Shown one piece after another: positions 29,445 through 39,928 of a stretch of 64,000 nt of DNA. Within the stretch, counting starts at the first letter, position 1, and every line of letters starts with the position of its first letter. The DNA is from an uncultured Kiritimatiellota bacterium (lineage in GTDB: Bacteria; Verrucomicrobiota; Kiritimatiellia; RFP12; DVOR01): contig CALXMW010000001.1 of assembly GCA_944389585.1 (NCBI GenBank), positions 7,748 to 71,747 on the forward strand, in the 5' to 3' direction. Position numbers and translations under genes: made by a program. The notes below the pieces were generated by a model, which was not told the origin of the DNA, made no database searches, and was given only the letters and a program-made list of their open reading frames with translations.

Positions 29445-29839
29445 CACACGCGCCCCCCTTCCGGCGCGGCGCGCCACCGCCGGGCCAACTCCCCGAGCGG
29501 CCGCCCGAGCGCCTCCTCGCCGGCCTGCCCCAACCGCCGCCCAAGCGCGCCCAGAAAGCGCGTCAGCTCGCTGTCGTCATAGATGCAATGCTCGGGGTAA
29601 AGCACCAGGTACACCTCCATCGGCGTGGCCTCCGGCGGCAAGTTCCGCGCCGACCCGCGGCGGAGGGCGAAGGCCGTCTCGAAGGCCCCCAGGAAATCCG
29701 CGTCCGCCTCGCCCCACGCAGGGTTCGGCGCGGGATAGGCCCGGCGGAAGCGCCGCGCCTGCGCCCCCCGGTTCCATCGCCAAATCAGCGCCGTCACCAC
29801 GGCCAAGGCCACCACGTAAAACACGATCCGCACGCTCAT
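29444..29839 (-). CDS. hypothetical membrane-anchored protein
   Basis: 131 aa; N-terminal TM (IVFYVVALAVVTALIW); codirectional and contiguous with polA. Confidence 0.5.
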   Translation of the reverse strand: MSVRIVFYVVALAVVTALIWRWNRGAQARRFRRAYPAPNPAWGEADADFLGAFETAFALRRGSARNLPPEATPMEVYLVLYPEHCIYDDSELTRFLGALGRRLGQAGEEALGRPLGELARRWRAAPEGGRV

Positions 29840-30420
29840 CCGCGCCTCCTTTTCACCCGATAGGCCGGCCGCCGCGCGCGCCGAAAGCGCCGCACGCAGG
29901 GCCGCGGCCTCACGCCGAAGGCCAACAGCTCGGCCACCCGCCGCTGGATCCCCGGCAACGCCTCGGCGTCCAACGCAGGCTCCGCGACCGAAATCAACTC
30001 GCCAGTCCCCCGCAGCTCATAGAGATGGACGCGCCGCCCCGCCGCGTCGCGCGCGACCTGCCGCTCGGCCAGCCGCTTCCCGCGCTCCAACAGCAGGGCC
30101 AGCACATACGCCGCCGCGCCGTCGCGCGGGTCGGCCCGCCCAACAAGCGCCCGCAACGCCTCCTCGGGCGAGACCTTATGCGCCTCCTCGGGCGCCCGCC
30201 GCGGCACGGCCTGGGGCACCGTGAAGGCCCACGCGGCCGAGGCCAAGGCCCGCTCCCGCGCGCCGAGCGCGGCGAAACAGGCGGCGCACAGGTCGCGCCG
30301 CTCATGGCCCTCGCCGTCCGCCGCGGGCATCAGCAACGAATGGCCGCCGCATCCGGGCGCGAAGGGCGCGCCGCACGCGGCACACCGTTGGGCACGGGGT
30401 TTGAGCCGCCAATCCGCCAT
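29836..30420 (-). CDS. hypothetical protein with N-terminal CxxC...CxxC zinc-ribbon-like motif
   Basis: 194 aa; CAACGAPF...CAACF; 4-nt overlap with the downstream gene. Confidence 0.5.
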   Translation of the reverse strand: MADWRLKPRAQRCAACGAPFAPGCGGHSLLMPAADGEGHERRDLCAACFAALGARERALASAAWAFTVPQAVPRRAPEEAHKVSPEEALRALVGRADPRDGAAAYVLALLLERGKRLAERQVARDAAGRRVHLYELRGTGELISVAEPALDAEALPGIQRRVAELLAFGVRPRPCVRRFRRARRPAYRVKRRRG

Positions 30421-30421
30421 C

Positions 30422-33400
30422 TCAATCCCCCAAAAAGTCCTTGAGGGCCTTGAGGCCGCCCTCGATGGCCTGGCGCTTGGCCTTGTCCTCGGGGTCGCCC
30501 TTCCCCTTCGCGTCCATCTTCTCGAGGCGCTCCTGCAGCTTGTCGGCGATGAAGTCCGAGGCGCCCTCCAACGCCGCCCGCCGCGCGGGGCCGGCGAAGG
30601 CCTCGGTCAGCGCGCCCACCTCGACGAGCGGGCGGTCGACGGTACCGACGATGGGCAGGCGCACGGCCGCGTCCGCCCCCAGCCTGTCCCCGAGCAAGCC
30701 CGCGAGGGGGACGGTGAGCGTGTAGTCGAGCCGCCGCGTGGGGAGGTCGGTCCGCCCCTCGCACCGCACGGTCACGGGGCCGATGTCCATCACGATGGGG
30801 TCGCCGTCGAGCACGCCGCCGTCGAGGCGGAGCGCCACCGCCTGGTCGGGCATGGCGGCGACCTTTCCGGAACGCCCCGCCGCCGTCAGCACCGAGCGCA
30901 CCACGGCGTTCGGGGCGAGCGCGAGGCCGTGGGTGCAGAGCGTCATCTCCGCCTCGGCCTCGACGAGTGCCTCGGGGCCGTCGAGCGGCACGCGCAGGGC
31001 GTCGCACCGCAGATCGATCGCCCCCGAGGGCGTGGCCGCGCCCTTGAGCAGGGGACTGACGAGGCCGAGCCCCGCGTCGAGCAACGCCTGCGTCACGCCG
31101 ACGCCCCGGAGCAGGTAGGCGCCTTCGGGCATCGTGAGGACGTAGGGCGGCGCGGCCACGCAGAGGCGCGGGGCAAGGCCCAGCGTGCCGCCGTTCACGG
31201 CGACCTCGGCGTCAAGCGCGAGCGTCGCCCCGCCCAGCGTCACCGTGGCCTCGCCGCCCGGGATGTCCAGCCCCGGGAGCGTCACGCGGCCGAAGGCCAC
31301 CTCGGCCTTGGCCCGGCCCTCGTTGAGGAGGCCCGCCGGCCCGAGCGTCACGGGGCCCTCGAAGGAGAAGGGGCGCGTCTCCCGCCCGGAGACGGAGATG
31401 CCCCGCTCCCGCGCCGCGTCGAAGCAGGGCAGCGCCCAGATGGCGTCGAAATCCGGCCTCAGCTCGCCCGCGAGCGTCGCGACGCCCGTGCCCGGCGCGA
31501 GGCTTCCGGAGGCGGTGAGCTTCGCATACGGCGTTTTGGCGACGAGCCGCTCCACCGCGAACCGCTCCCCCCGCCCGATGGCCCGCACGCCGGCCTCGAA
31601 GGGCACGTCGATGGACGCGAGGCCCGGGAAGGCCACCTTGAACGTCGGCGCGTCAAGGTCGAGCGACAGGCGCGGGGTGGAGGCGCCCGTCACCGGCATG
31701 ACCTCGAAGACGAAGTCGACCGGCCCCTCCACCCCCGGCAACGCCGCGCGCTTCCCGGACGCGAGCCACCGCCCCAGCGCGTAGGCGGGGTCTGCCCGGC
31801 CCTTGAACGCCGCGGAGACAAGGCGGCCGGGCGGCAGGCCCGGCGCGTAGCCGCCCTGGCCCTGGAGGGTGAGCACGGGCGTCTCGAGCGTCACGCCGCG
31901 CAGGCGCAGGGCCACACCGTCGAACGTCGCGGCGAAGGCCAGCTCCGCCAGCGGCCTTTCCTTCTCGACGATTTGGTAGGCGGGGGCGGCGAGCGAGACG
32001 TCCCGCACGGCGGCCTTGACCTGCGCGGAAAGCAACGTGGGCGCGCCGCTTGCCGTCGCCTCCAGCGTCGCCGTGCCGGCTTCGACCCGCGGCGCCTCAA
32101 GCCCCAGCCACGCGGCCGCGGCGGCCAGGTCGGCCTTCGCCCCAAGCTTCAGGCTCCCCACGCGGCGCGCGGCCACGTCGATGTCCGCGGCCTCGAGCGT
32201 GGCGTCCGCGAGGGCTTCCTGCCCGGAGGCGAGCGCCGCCGTGGCCGAGACCGCGCCCTTCTGGGCCTGCGCGCCCACGTTGAGGACGAGCGGCCCGGGC
32301 AGAGAGACCTCGCCGAGGAAGGGGCGCAGGGTCTCCAAGAGCGGCACGCTTTCCACGCGGGCCGCGAGGCGCCCGGCCTCCAACCCGCCCTGGCCGGAGA
32401 CCAGCGCGCCGGGGAAATCCACCGAAAGCCTCTCGATTTGGAAGTCCAGCCAATTCTCGGGGTCGACCTCCGCCTCCACCGCCACTTTAGGGTTCGCCTC
32501 CAGCCGTTTCCCGTCGAAGACCACGGCCAGGCCGCGGGTGGAGAAGTCCGCCGCGCCGCGCAACAGGCCCGAGGGGCCGTTGCCGAGCGTCGCGCGGAGC
32601 GTGGCCGCGCCGGAGGGGATTGCCACGCCCGAGGCCGCCACGCCGAGCGCTTGGGCGAAGGCCAAGGCCTTGGGGCAATCCGCCGACGCCTCGAGGGCGA
32701 CCTCGGGCCAAGGGCGGCCCGCCGCGCCGGCGGCGTCGAGGGCAAGGCGCAACCAGGGGGAATCGGCCTTGAGGGAGACCGCGCGCAGGAAGTCCGCCGG
32801 GCGTTTCGCGGCGAGGAGCGCCCGCGCGGAGGGGGTCGTCGCCGTGGCCTCGAAGGCCAGATCCAGCACCTTGCCGACGAGGGCAAGGGCGATGTCCTGG
32901 TCGAGCGCGGGCAGGGTCAGCTCCGCGTCCACGCCCGCCGCCAAAGGCGCGGGCAGGCCCTCCACGGCGAGGCTCGCGTTCCTGACGGCGAGGTGCGCGG
33001 AGAGATCCCAATCCGGCAACGCGAAAGACTTGGGCTTCGCCGCCGGGGCCGGGGCGGCGGGGTCGGCAGGGTACGCCGGGGGGGAGGACGGCGGGGGGGC
33101 GACGCCCGAGACGGGGAGGGGGGCGAGGGGCGGGGGCGGCGCGTAGGCCACGCGCGGCGAGAGGAGCTCGGCCTCCACCGTCACCTTGCCGAAGGGGAGC
33201 AGTTCCCAGAGCGAGGAGAGGCGAACGGCCTCGACCGTCGCCTTGAGCCCCTGGCGCGCGTCTGCGTAGGCCAGGCCCTCGAGGCGTTGCCCCCCGAACC
33301 AGGCGAGCGACCAATCGGCGACCTCGAGCCGCGCCGGGGCGATGGCTTTGTTCACCTGCGCCACCGCCAACGCGCGGACGGGGGCCAGGGAGAGCAACGC

Positions 33401-33526
33401 CGGGGCAAAGGCCACCAACGCCGCCGCGGCGAGGAATATGGCGACAAGGCCAAGCGCCAAGCGCCGCCCCCAGCCGCCCCTCGGCGGGTTCAGCTCCCGT
33501 TCGTTCACCGGCTCCGTGAAGTCCAT
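30422..33526 (-). CDS. AsmA/TamB-like large envelope biogenesis protein
   Basis: 1034 aa; N-terminal TM anchor, very long Ala/Gly/Leu-rich beta-type repeats, charged C-terminal tail. Confidence 0.6.
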   Translation of the reverse strand: MDFTEPVNERELNPPRGGWGRRLALGLVAIFLAAAALVAFAPALLSLAPVRALAVAQVNKAIAPARLEVADWSLAWFGGQRLEGLAYADARQGLKATVEAVRLSSLWELLPFGKVTVEAELLSPRVAYAPPPPLAPLPVSGVAPPPSSPPAYPADPAAPAPAAKPKSFALPDWDLSAHLAVRNASLAVEGLPAPLAAGVDAELTLPALDQDIALALVGKVLDLAFEATATTPSARALLAAKRPADFLRAVSLKADSPWLRLALDAAGAAGRPWPEVALEASADCPKALAFAQALGVAASGVAIPSGAATLRATLGNGPSGLLRGAADFSTRGLAVVFDGKRLEANPKVAVEAEVDPENWLDFQIERLSVDFPGALVSGQGGLEAGRLAARVESVPLLETLRPFLGEVSLPGPLVLNVGAQAQKGAVSATAALASGQEALADATLEAADIDVAARRVGSLKLGAKADLAAAAAWLGLEAPRVEAGTATLEATASGAPTLLSAQVKAAVRDVSLAAPAYQIVEKERPLAELAFAATFDGVALRLRGVTLETPVLTLQGQGGYAPGLPPGRLVSAAFKGRADPAYALGRWLASGKRAALPGVEGPVDFVFEVMPVTGASTPRLSLDLDAPTFKVAFPGLASIDVPFEAGVRAIGRGERFAVERLVAKTPYAKLTASGSLAPGTGVATLAGELRPDFDAIWALPCFDAARERGISVSGRETRPFSFEGPVTLGPAGLLNEGRAKAEVAFGRVTLPGLDIPGGEATVTLGGATLALDAEVAVNGGTLGLAPRLCVAAPPYVLTMPEGAYLLRGVGVTQALLDAGLGLVSPLLKGAATPSGAIDLRCDALRVPLDGPEALVEAEAEMTLCTHGLALAPNAVVRSVLTAAGRSGKVAAMPDQAVALRLDGGVLDGDPIVMDIGPVTVRCEGRTDLPTRRLDYTLTVPLAGLLGDRLGADAAVRLPIVGTVDRPLVEVGALTEAFAGPARRAALEGASDFIADKLQERLEKMDAKGKGDPEDKAKRQAIEGGLKALKDFLGD

Positions 33527-33543
33527 GCGCGCTCCTTTCCTTC

Positions 33544-33559
33544 ATTGTACCACAATCCC
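33544..33559 (-). promoter_or_regulatory. candidate promoter of the AsmA-like operon (minus strand GGGATTGTGGTACAATG)
   Basis: Recurring motif about 19 nt upstream of ATG 33526; RBS ggaaaggag. Confidence 0.45.
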
Positions 33560-33666
33560 GCACGCGAGCCCACACGCGAAGCACCCTTTGGGGAGGCGTG
33601 CCGGCGCTTCCCCCACCCTCCGGGACGGGACGTCTTCACCGGGGCCGCATGGGTGCCGGGAGGGGC

Positions 33667-33682
33667 GGAATGTGATAAAATG
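33667..33682 (+). promoter_or_regulatory. candidate promoter of the tatD-kinase operon (GGAATGTGATAAAATG)
   Basis: Extended -10 TGaTAAAAT about 27 nt before ATG 33708; RBS aaggagg. Confidence 0.45.
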
Positions 33683-33707
33683 CGGGATGTTTGCAAGGAG
33701 GTTTTGC

Positions 33708-34553
33708 ATGAAACCGATCATTGAGCCGCATATCCACATGATCGCGCGGACGACGGACGATTATATGGCCATGCACAAGAACGGCATCCGCGTATGCGTG
33801 GAGCCTTCGTTCTGGTTGGGCGAGAACCGCCGCTACGCCGGCTCCTTCTTCGACTATTTCCGCCTGTCGCTGGAGTTTGAGCACACGCGCGCGGCGCGCT
33901 ACGGCATCGACCATTGGAGCGCCATCGGCATGAACCCGAAGGAGGCCGAGGATCGGCGCCTGGCCGACGCGGTGATCGACGGGATGGGCGAGTATCTGGA
34001 CCACCCGCGGTGCGTGGCGCTCGGGGAGATCGGCTTCAACAACATCACCCAGAACGAGGAGCACGCCCTGGTGCGCCAGCTGCGCCTGGCCGAGGAACGC
34101 AAGATGCCGGTGGTGCTGCACCTGCCCCACTTCAACAAGCTCAAGGGCATCAAGCGCGTGCTGGAAATCATCAAGGCCGAGGGGCTGACGCGCGAGCGCA
34201 TCGACATCGACCACAACGTGGAGGAGACCATCGGCCTGGCGCTGGAGAGCGGCTGCTACGCCGGCATGACCGTCTACCCCTACTCCAAGCTCTCGCCCGA
34301 GCGCGTGAGCGCGATGATCAAGGAGCACGGCCACACGCGCGTCATCGTCAACGGCTCGGCCGACTGGGGCATCAGCGACCCGCTCTCGCTCGTCAAGGTC
34401 GTGGCGCGCCTGCGCCAGGACGGCTTCGGCGAGCAGGTCATCGAAGACCTCACCCACAACACGCCCATGGCCTTCTATTCCGCCTCGCCCCACTGGAAGC
34501 CGGACTTCGACATCGTGCCGCAGGATCCCGCCACCTACCAGCGCCAGCCCTGA
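33708..34553 (+). CDS. TatD-family metal-dependent hydrolase
   Basis: 281 aa; amidohydrolase TIM-barrel motifs (PHIHM..., HLPHF, DHN). Confidence 0.75.
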   Translation: MKPIIEPHIHMIARTTDDYMAMHKNGIRVCVEPSFWLGENRRYAGSFFDYFRLSLEFEHTRAARYGIDHWSAIGMNPKEAEDRRLADAVIDGMGEYLDHPRCVALGEIGFNNITQNEEHALVRQLRLAEERKMPVVLHLPHFNKLKGIKRVLEIIKAEGLTRERIDIDHNVEETIGLALESGCYAGMTVYPYSKLSPERVSAMIKEHGHTRVIVNGSADWGISDPLSLVKVVARLRQDGFGEQVIEDLTHNTPMAFYSASPHWKPDFDIVPQDPATYQRQP

Positions 34554-34568
34554 CCCGGAGAGCGAACC

Positions 34569-37500
34569 ATGCCCGACGCGACCCCGCAGACCGCCCCCCA
34601 GGCGCCCGAGACGAACTCCGCCGACGAAAAGACCGTGGTGCTCGACCCCAACCGCACCGAGGTCATCCGCCCCGGCGAGGAGCCACCCGCCGCCCAGCCC
34701 AACGCCGGCCCCATGGCCGACTACACCATCTGCGGGAAGGTCGGCGACGGCGGCATGGGCGTGGTCTACCTGGCGCGGGACCGCCGCCTGGGCCGCTACG
34801 TGGCCATCAAACGCCTGAACGAAAAGGCCCTCGCCGACCCCGTGTTGCGCCAGCGCTTCCTCCAGGAAGCCCGCGCCGTCGCCGCCCTCAACCACGCCTA
34901 CATCGTCCACATCTACGCGCTGGGCGAGGACGCCCTGGGGCCCTACATCATCATGGAGTACGTCTCCGGCCCCGCGCAGACCGAGGCCGTCCCCGCCGGC
35001 CAGGACGCCCCCCCGCCCAAAAACCTCACCCTCGAGCAATTCGTCAACCGCAACGGCCCCATGACCGCCGACGAGGCCGTGGCGATGATCCTCAAAATCG
35101 CCCGCACGATGGTCTACGCCCACAGCTGCGGCGTCATCCACCGCGACCTCAAGCCCGCGAACATCCTCCTGGACCCCACCGGCGAACCCAAGCTCGTCGA
35201 CTTCGGCCTGGCGCGCATCGCCCCCCAGGAAGGCCGCACCCAGGTGGCCGAGCTCACCGTCCCCGGCGAAAAGCTCATCAGCCTGGGCTACTCCGCCCCC
35301 GAGCTCGAGCAAGACGCCTCCTCCAGCGACGTGCGCGCCGACATCTACTCGCTCGGCGCCATCCTCTACTTCCTCCTCACCGGACGCAACCCGCGCTACT
35401 ACCGCGAGCAAGACGTGCCCGCCTTCCTGCGCGAGGTCATGCGACGCAGCCTCGAGACCGTCCGCGAACAACGCTACCGCACGGCCCAGGACTTCGTCAA
35501 CGCCCTCTCCGAGGCCGCCAGCCACGGCCGCACCGTCGCCCCCACCATCAAAACCACCTGGCGCTGCAAATGGTGCGACGCCGTCAACCCCATCTCCACC
35601 AAGTTCTGCGCCGAATGCGGCTGGGACGGCAGCGAGCGCTGCCTGGAATGCGGCGCCGAGACCTTCGTGGGCCAGCAATACTGCCCCAGCTGCGGCGCCG
35701 ACTGCCGGATGTACGAGCACGTGGCCTCCATCATCAAGCTCATGGACCAGGCCTGGGACGAACGCCACTTCGAGCGCATCGCCACCATCGCCGGCAGGCT
35801 CCACGGCTTCGACCCCGCCGGCCCCACCGGCCGGAAACTCCTCGCCGACGCCCACGCCCGCGTCGAGGAGGCCGAGCGCAAAGTCGCCCGCCGCAACCGC
35901 CTCGCTGCCCTCATCCCCAACGAACTCAAAGCCGAGAACTACGAGCGCGCCCAAGCCTTCATCGAGGAGTTCCGCACCCTCAACGAAGACGCCATGGTCT
36001 ACGAGGAGGAACTCCGCGACATCCCCGCCAAAATCCTCGCCCGCGACCTCGTGCGCATCCGCCAATGCATCCGCCGCCGCGACTGGCCCACCGCCCGCCG
36101 CCTCACCGCCAACCTCGCCGCGAAATACGGCAACATGCCCGAATACCAAGACGTCCGCGCCCGCGTCGAGGCGCACGGCCGCCGCCTGCGCCGCGCCGCC
36201 TGGGCCTGCGGCGTCGCCGCCGCCGCCGCGCTCTACCTCCTCTCCCTCCCCTGGGCCGCGCGCCTCGCCGGCGGCACCTTCGGCACGGGAGGCAAGACCC
36301 TCTACGCCCCCGCGCGCGCCCTCGCCGCCCTCCCCGGCCTCGGCGCCCTCCTGGACGGCTACGCGCGCCTCTGCGGCGGGCAATCGACGGCCGACTACTT
36401 CCCCGGGCAGGCCCCCGCCGCCGAGGTCGCCCCCGCCCCGCCACCCCGCCCGCCCCTCCCAGACGGCCTGGGAGAGGACCGCGACGCCCTCGACGCCGCC
36501 CTCAGGGAAATCGCCGACCGCCGCACCGCCCAGGACGACGCCCTGCTCATGCAATACTGGCGCAACCTCACCGACCTGCGCGACAGCGCCCAGAAAGCCG
36601 GCGACTACGAGGGCGTCGTCGCCACCACCCACGCCCTCGACGCCTACGCCGAGACCAACGACCTGGGCGCCGTCGCCGACGAAGACCCCGCCACCCTCGC
36701 CGGCATCAAACGCCACATGGCCCGCCGCCGCGAGGAACAGCGCATCCTCTCCGCCCGCCAAGTCCGCGCCGTCGTCCACAAATACCGCGACCACCTCGAG
36801 GCGCGCAGCAAGGAATACACCCAGCGCGGCGAGATGGGCAAGGCCGGCGCCGTCCGCGAGGAGCTCGCGCGCCTCGCCGCCATCCCCGCCGTGCGCGACG
36901 CCCAGCTCCTCCTCAAAGAGACCCGCCCCGACCTCTTCCTCGGCGACGAGGCCTCCATGGCCGAGATTGAGCGCCTCCGCGCCGAGATCCGCGGCGACCG
37001 CGAGGAGCTCCGCAAAAACCTCCGCGCCCTCAATGAAAAGGCCCAGCAGACCCTCGGCGACTGGCCCGCGCAATACGGCGACGCCCTCAACGCCCTCCTC
37101 CGGGACTTCCAACAATCGGGCAACTTCAACGCCCTCGAGGCCGTCGCCATCGAACTCTCCCGCTTCGAGGAGCAGAAGGCCCTGGGCCCCGCCAACGTCG
37201 TGGACTTCCCCGACGGCCTGCGCCAGACCCAGGCCACCTTCCTCCAACGCCTCCAAACCGTCCAAGGCGAGCGCGACACCGCCAAGGCCGCCGTCTTCGC
37301 GGCCTACCTCGCCGACCTGGAAAAACGCCAGACCGAGCTGACCAAGGCCGGCGAATTCGCCGCCGCCGCCGTCGTCAACCAAGAGCTCCGCGACATCCGC
37401 CAAAGCCGCGCCTACCAAAGCGTCGCCCTCCCCCACGCCGCCCCCGCGCAGCAACCCCCGCCGCCGGCCCCCGCCCGGGAACCCCCGCCCGGCGACGAGG

Positions 37501-37595
37501 CCTACGACGAGGCCCTCCTCTCCCACGCCGACGGCCCCGCGGCGACCGCCCCCGCCCCCACCCTGCCGCTCTCCACCGAGGCCCCCCATGACTGA
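34569..37595 (+). CDS. Ser/Thr protein kinase with zinc-ribbon, one TM and a large C-terminal helical domain
   Basis: 1008 aa; VAIK, HRDLKPANILL, DFGLAR, APE motifs; double zinc ribbon WRCKWCD...CAECG...CLECG...CPSCG; TM GVAAAAALYLLSLPWAARLAG. Confidence 0.9.
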   Translation: MPDATPQTAPQAPETNSADEKTVVLDPNRTEVIRPGEEPPAAQPNAGPMADYTICGKVGDGGMGVVYLARDRRLGRYVAIKRLNEKALADPVLRQRFLQEARAVAALNHAYIVHIYALGEDALGPYIIMEYVSGPAQTEAVPAGQDAPPPKNLTLEQFVNRNGPMTADEAVAMILKIARTMVYAHSCGVIHRDLKPANILLDPTGEPKLVDFGLARIAPQEGRTQVAELTVPGEKLISLGYSAPELEQDASSSDVRADIYSLGAILYFLLTGRNPRYYREQDVPAFLREVMRRSLETVREQRYRTAQDFVNALSEAASHGRTVAPTIKTTWRCKWCDAVNPISTKFCAECGWDGSERCLECGAETFVGQQYCPSCGADCRMYEHVASIIKLMDQAWDERHFERIATIAGRLHGFDPAGPTGRKLLADAHARVEEAERKVARRNRLAALIPNELKAENYERAQAFIEEFRTLNEDAMVYEEELRDIPAKILARDLVRIRQCIRRRDWPTARRLTANLAAKYGNMPEYQDVRARVEAHGRRLRRAAWACGVAAAAALYLLSLPWAARLAGGTFGTGGKTLYAPARALAALPGLGALLDGYARLCGGQSTADYFPGQAPAAEVAPAPPPRPPLPDGLGEDRDALDAALREIADRRTAQDDALLMQYWRNLTDLRDSAQKAGDYEGVVATTHALDAYAETNDLGAVADEDPATLAGIKRHMARRREEQRILSARQVRAVVHKYRDHLEARSKEYTQRGEMGKAGAVREELARLAAIPAVRDAQLLLKETRPDLFLGDEASMAEIERLRAEIRGDREELRKNLRALNEKAQQTLGDWPAQYGDALNALLRDFQQSGNFNALEAVAIELSRFEEQKALGPANVVDFPDGLRQTQATFLQRLQTVQGERDTAKAAVFAAYLADLEKRQTELTKAGEFAAAAVVNQELRDIRQSRAYQSVALPHAAPAQQPPPPAPAREPPPGDEAYDEALLSHADGPAATAPAPTLPLSTEAPHD

Positions 37596-38361
37596 CGAAA
37601 CCGCACGCATCCTCGCCATCCGCCCCCTCGCCCAAGGCTACCAAGTCCTCACCCTCGCCGCGCCCGCCGTCGCCGCCGAGGCCAAGCCCGGACAGTTCGT
37701 CCACGTCCGCGTCCCCTCGCTCGACCCCGCGCGCCTGCGCCGCCCCTTCAGCATCTACGACGCCGAGCCCGAGACCGGGCGCCTCCACATCCTCTACAAA
37801 ACCGTCGGACTCGGCACGCGCCACCTCGCCGCGCTCCCCGTGGGCACGGCCCTGCCCGTGCTCGGCCCCATCGGCCGCCCCTTCCCGCTCGACCCTGCGG
37901 GCACGCCCTTCCTCGTCGGCGGCGGCTACGGCGTGGCCCCGCTCTGGTTCCTGGCCTCGCGTCTGCCGCGCAAGGGCGTCCTCTTCGTGGGCGGGCGCAC
38001 CGCCGCAGACATTCTCGAGACCGACCGCTTCGCCAAGGCCGGCTGGGACGTGCGCGTCGCCACGCAAGACGGCTCCCTCGGCACGCCCGGGCTCGTCACC
38101 GCCCCGCTCGACGCCGCCCTCGCCGACAACCCCCAGGCCGAGCTCTACGCCTGCGGGCCCGACGGGATGCTCCGCGCCGTGGGCGAACGCGCCGTCGCCG
38201 CCGGCCTCAAAGGCTGGCTCTCGCTCGACAAGCACATGGTCTGCGGCGTGGGCGCCTGCCTGGCCTGCGTCCAGAAAATCCGCCGCCCGGACGGCACGGA
38301 GACGCTCGCGCGCGTCTGCGTGGACGGCCCCGTCTTCGAAGCCCGGGAAATCGTCTGGTAA
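37588..38361 (+). CDS. PyrK-like FAD/NAD(P)-binding oxidoreductase with C-terminal [2Fe-2S] site
   Basis: 257 aa; ferredoxin-reductase-like fold, cysteine cluster CGVGACLAC...C; 8-nt overlap with kinase gene; no pyrD adjacent. Confidence 0.7.
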   Translation: MTDETARILAIRPLAQGYQVLTLAAPAVAAEAKPGQFVHVRVPSLDPARLRRPFSIYDAEPETGRLHILYKTVGLGTRHLAALPVGTALPVLGPIGRPFPLDPAGTPFLVGGGYGVAPLWFLASRLPRKGVLFVGGRTAADILETDRFAKAGWDVRVATQDGSLGTPGLVTAPLDAALADNPQAELYACGPDGMLRAVGERAVAAGLKGWLSLDKHMVCGVGACLACVQKIRRPDGTETLARVCVDGPVFEAREIVW

Positions 38362-38371
38362 GGAGGGCGCC

Positions 38372-39928
38372 ATGACCGCACGCCTGCCCCTCGCCGCCCT
38401 CGCCCTCTGCCTGGCCCTGCCCCTCGCCGCCGCGCCCGCCGGGGCCGAACGCCTGCGCGGGGACTTCCGCGACGCGATCGCGGCGACCTACCCCGAGACG
38501 CCCGGCCTCGCGCTCTACGACGCCCTCGGCCGCCTCCAGGCCAAGCCCGACTCCGCCGTCGACCTCCAGGCCGTCCGCCAGGCCGTCGGCCAACTGGAAG
38601 ACCCCACCCTCACGCCCTTCTTCGACGCGCTCGTCACCCTCAACGCCGCCGCGGAGGGCGACGGCGCGCTCTTCCGTCGCGGACTGGCCCGCGTCCGGGC
38701 GGAGACCGAATCGACCGCGCTCCTGCGCGCGCTCGACTTCTCCGGCGCCCAGGCCCGCTGCCCCGACTGCCGGGGCGAGCTGCGCTGCGCCACCTGCCGC
38801 GGCACGCTGCGGTGCGCCGACTGCAAAGGCAACGGCTTCACCATCCGCCGCGCCACCGCCACCCAAAGCCTGGGCGGCGGGGACAGGCGCACCCTCGGCG
38901 GGTCGCTCCGCGCCGGGAAGGGCGCCGGGAGCCTGCGCGTGCCCTGCGCCCGTTGCGACGGCTCGGGCAAATGCCCCGCCTGCAAGGGCGCCCCCATCGT
39001 CTGCGCCGCCTGCGACACCACCGGCAAGGTGCCCGACCCCGCGCAGGCCGAGAGCCGCGTGGGCGCACTGGCCGGGCAGATGCGCGAGGCCGTCGCCGCC
39101 GGTCAGGCCGAGGCGATCGAGGCCCGCGAGCAAACCCGTCTGCTCGCCGACGACCTCCGCAAGGCCAGCGCCATCGGCGACCCCGCCGAGGCCCTCGCTT
39201 TCCTCAACGCCCTCCCCGCCGAGCGCGCGAAGGCCGCGCAATGGTCGCAGCTCGGCACCATCCGCCTCGACCTCGAGTCCATCGTCCAAGCGCGCGCGGC
39301 CAATGATTCCGCGAAAATCCGCGCCCGCGAGACGCTCCGCGCCGCCATCCGTTCGGCCCAGGGCAAAAGCGACCCCGTGAAGGGCCTCGCCGCCCTCGCC
39401 GAGGCCATCCAGGCACAGCCCGACTGCGACGCCCTGCCCGAGGCCCAGACCGCCTTCGACGGGCTCCTCGCGACCGCCCGCCGACAGTCCGCGCAACGGC
39501 ACGAAGACCTCGCCAAACGCCTTGAGATGGTCGTCTCGCTCACCGCGCCGCAAGACCGCCTCGCCCAAGCCGAGCGCCTGTTGGCCGACTGGCCCAAGCC
39601 GACGCGCGAGCCGAAGCTTCTGGCCTACGCCAAGGCCAACCGCCTCACCGCCCTGCAAGACCTGCTTGAGGACGACGCGCTCGAAAGGCTCCGGGGCCGC
39701 GTCGAGGCGACGCGCGACCAGGCGTTGGCCGAGCTCCAGACAGCCGAGGAGGAAGGCTCCGCCTGGTGGGTCTGGGTGGCCGCCGGGCTCGGCGCGTTGG
39801 TCGCGCTCTATGCCCTGCTCGCCGCCGTGCAGGCCTTCTTCGCCCGCCGCGCGGAGGCCGAGCGCAAGGCCCGCCAGCGCGCCGCGATGGAGAGCGTGCG
39901 CAAGACCTTCTCGCATCGGAAACGGTGA
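38372..39928 (+). CDS. secreted/C-terminally anchored Cys-rich protein with DnaJ-type CxxC zinc-finger repeats
   Basis: 518 aa; signal peptide; CPDCRGELRCATCRGTLRCADCKGNG and CARCDGSGKCPACKG...CAACDTTG; C-terminal TM. Confidence 0.6.
   Translation: MTARLPLAALALCLALPLAAAPAGAERLRGDFRDAIAATYPETPGLALYDALGRLQAKPDSAVDLQAVRQAVGQLEDPTLTPFFDALVTLNAAAEGDGALFRRGLARVRAETESTALLRALDFSGAQARCPDCRGELRCATCRGTLRCADCKGNGFTIRRATATQSLGGGDRRTLGGSLRAGKGAGSLRVPCARCDGSGKCPACKGAPIVCAACDTTGKVPDPAQAESRVGALAGQMREAVAAGQAEAIEAREQTRLLADDLRKASAIGDPAEALAFLNALPAERAKAAQWSQLGTIRLDLESIVQARAANDSAKIRARETLRAAIRSAQGKSDPVKGLAALAEAIQAQPDCDALPEAQTAFDGLLATARRQSAQRHEDLAKRLEMVVSLTAPQDRLAQAERLLADWPKPTREPKLLAYAKANRLTALQDLLEDDALERLRGRVEATRDQALAELQTAEEEGSAWWVWVAAGLGALVALYALLAAVQAFFARRAEAERKARQRAAMESVRKTFSHRKR

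Noticed and set aside
33636-37619. 1327-aa minus-strand ORF antisense to the Ser/Thr kinase gene. Similar giant ORFs occur at 30221..33724(+), 4440..7097 upstream part, 4361..6514, 47972..51859, 49944..52346 and 5109..7139(-).
   Set aside because: These are Arg/Gly/Pro/Ala-rich low-complexity translations typical of non-coding frames in ~70% GC DNA. The opposite or alternate frame carries clear catalytic motifs (HRDLKPANILL, DFGLAR, AsmA N-terminal anchor etc.), and only the downstream in-frame ATG portions were kept.
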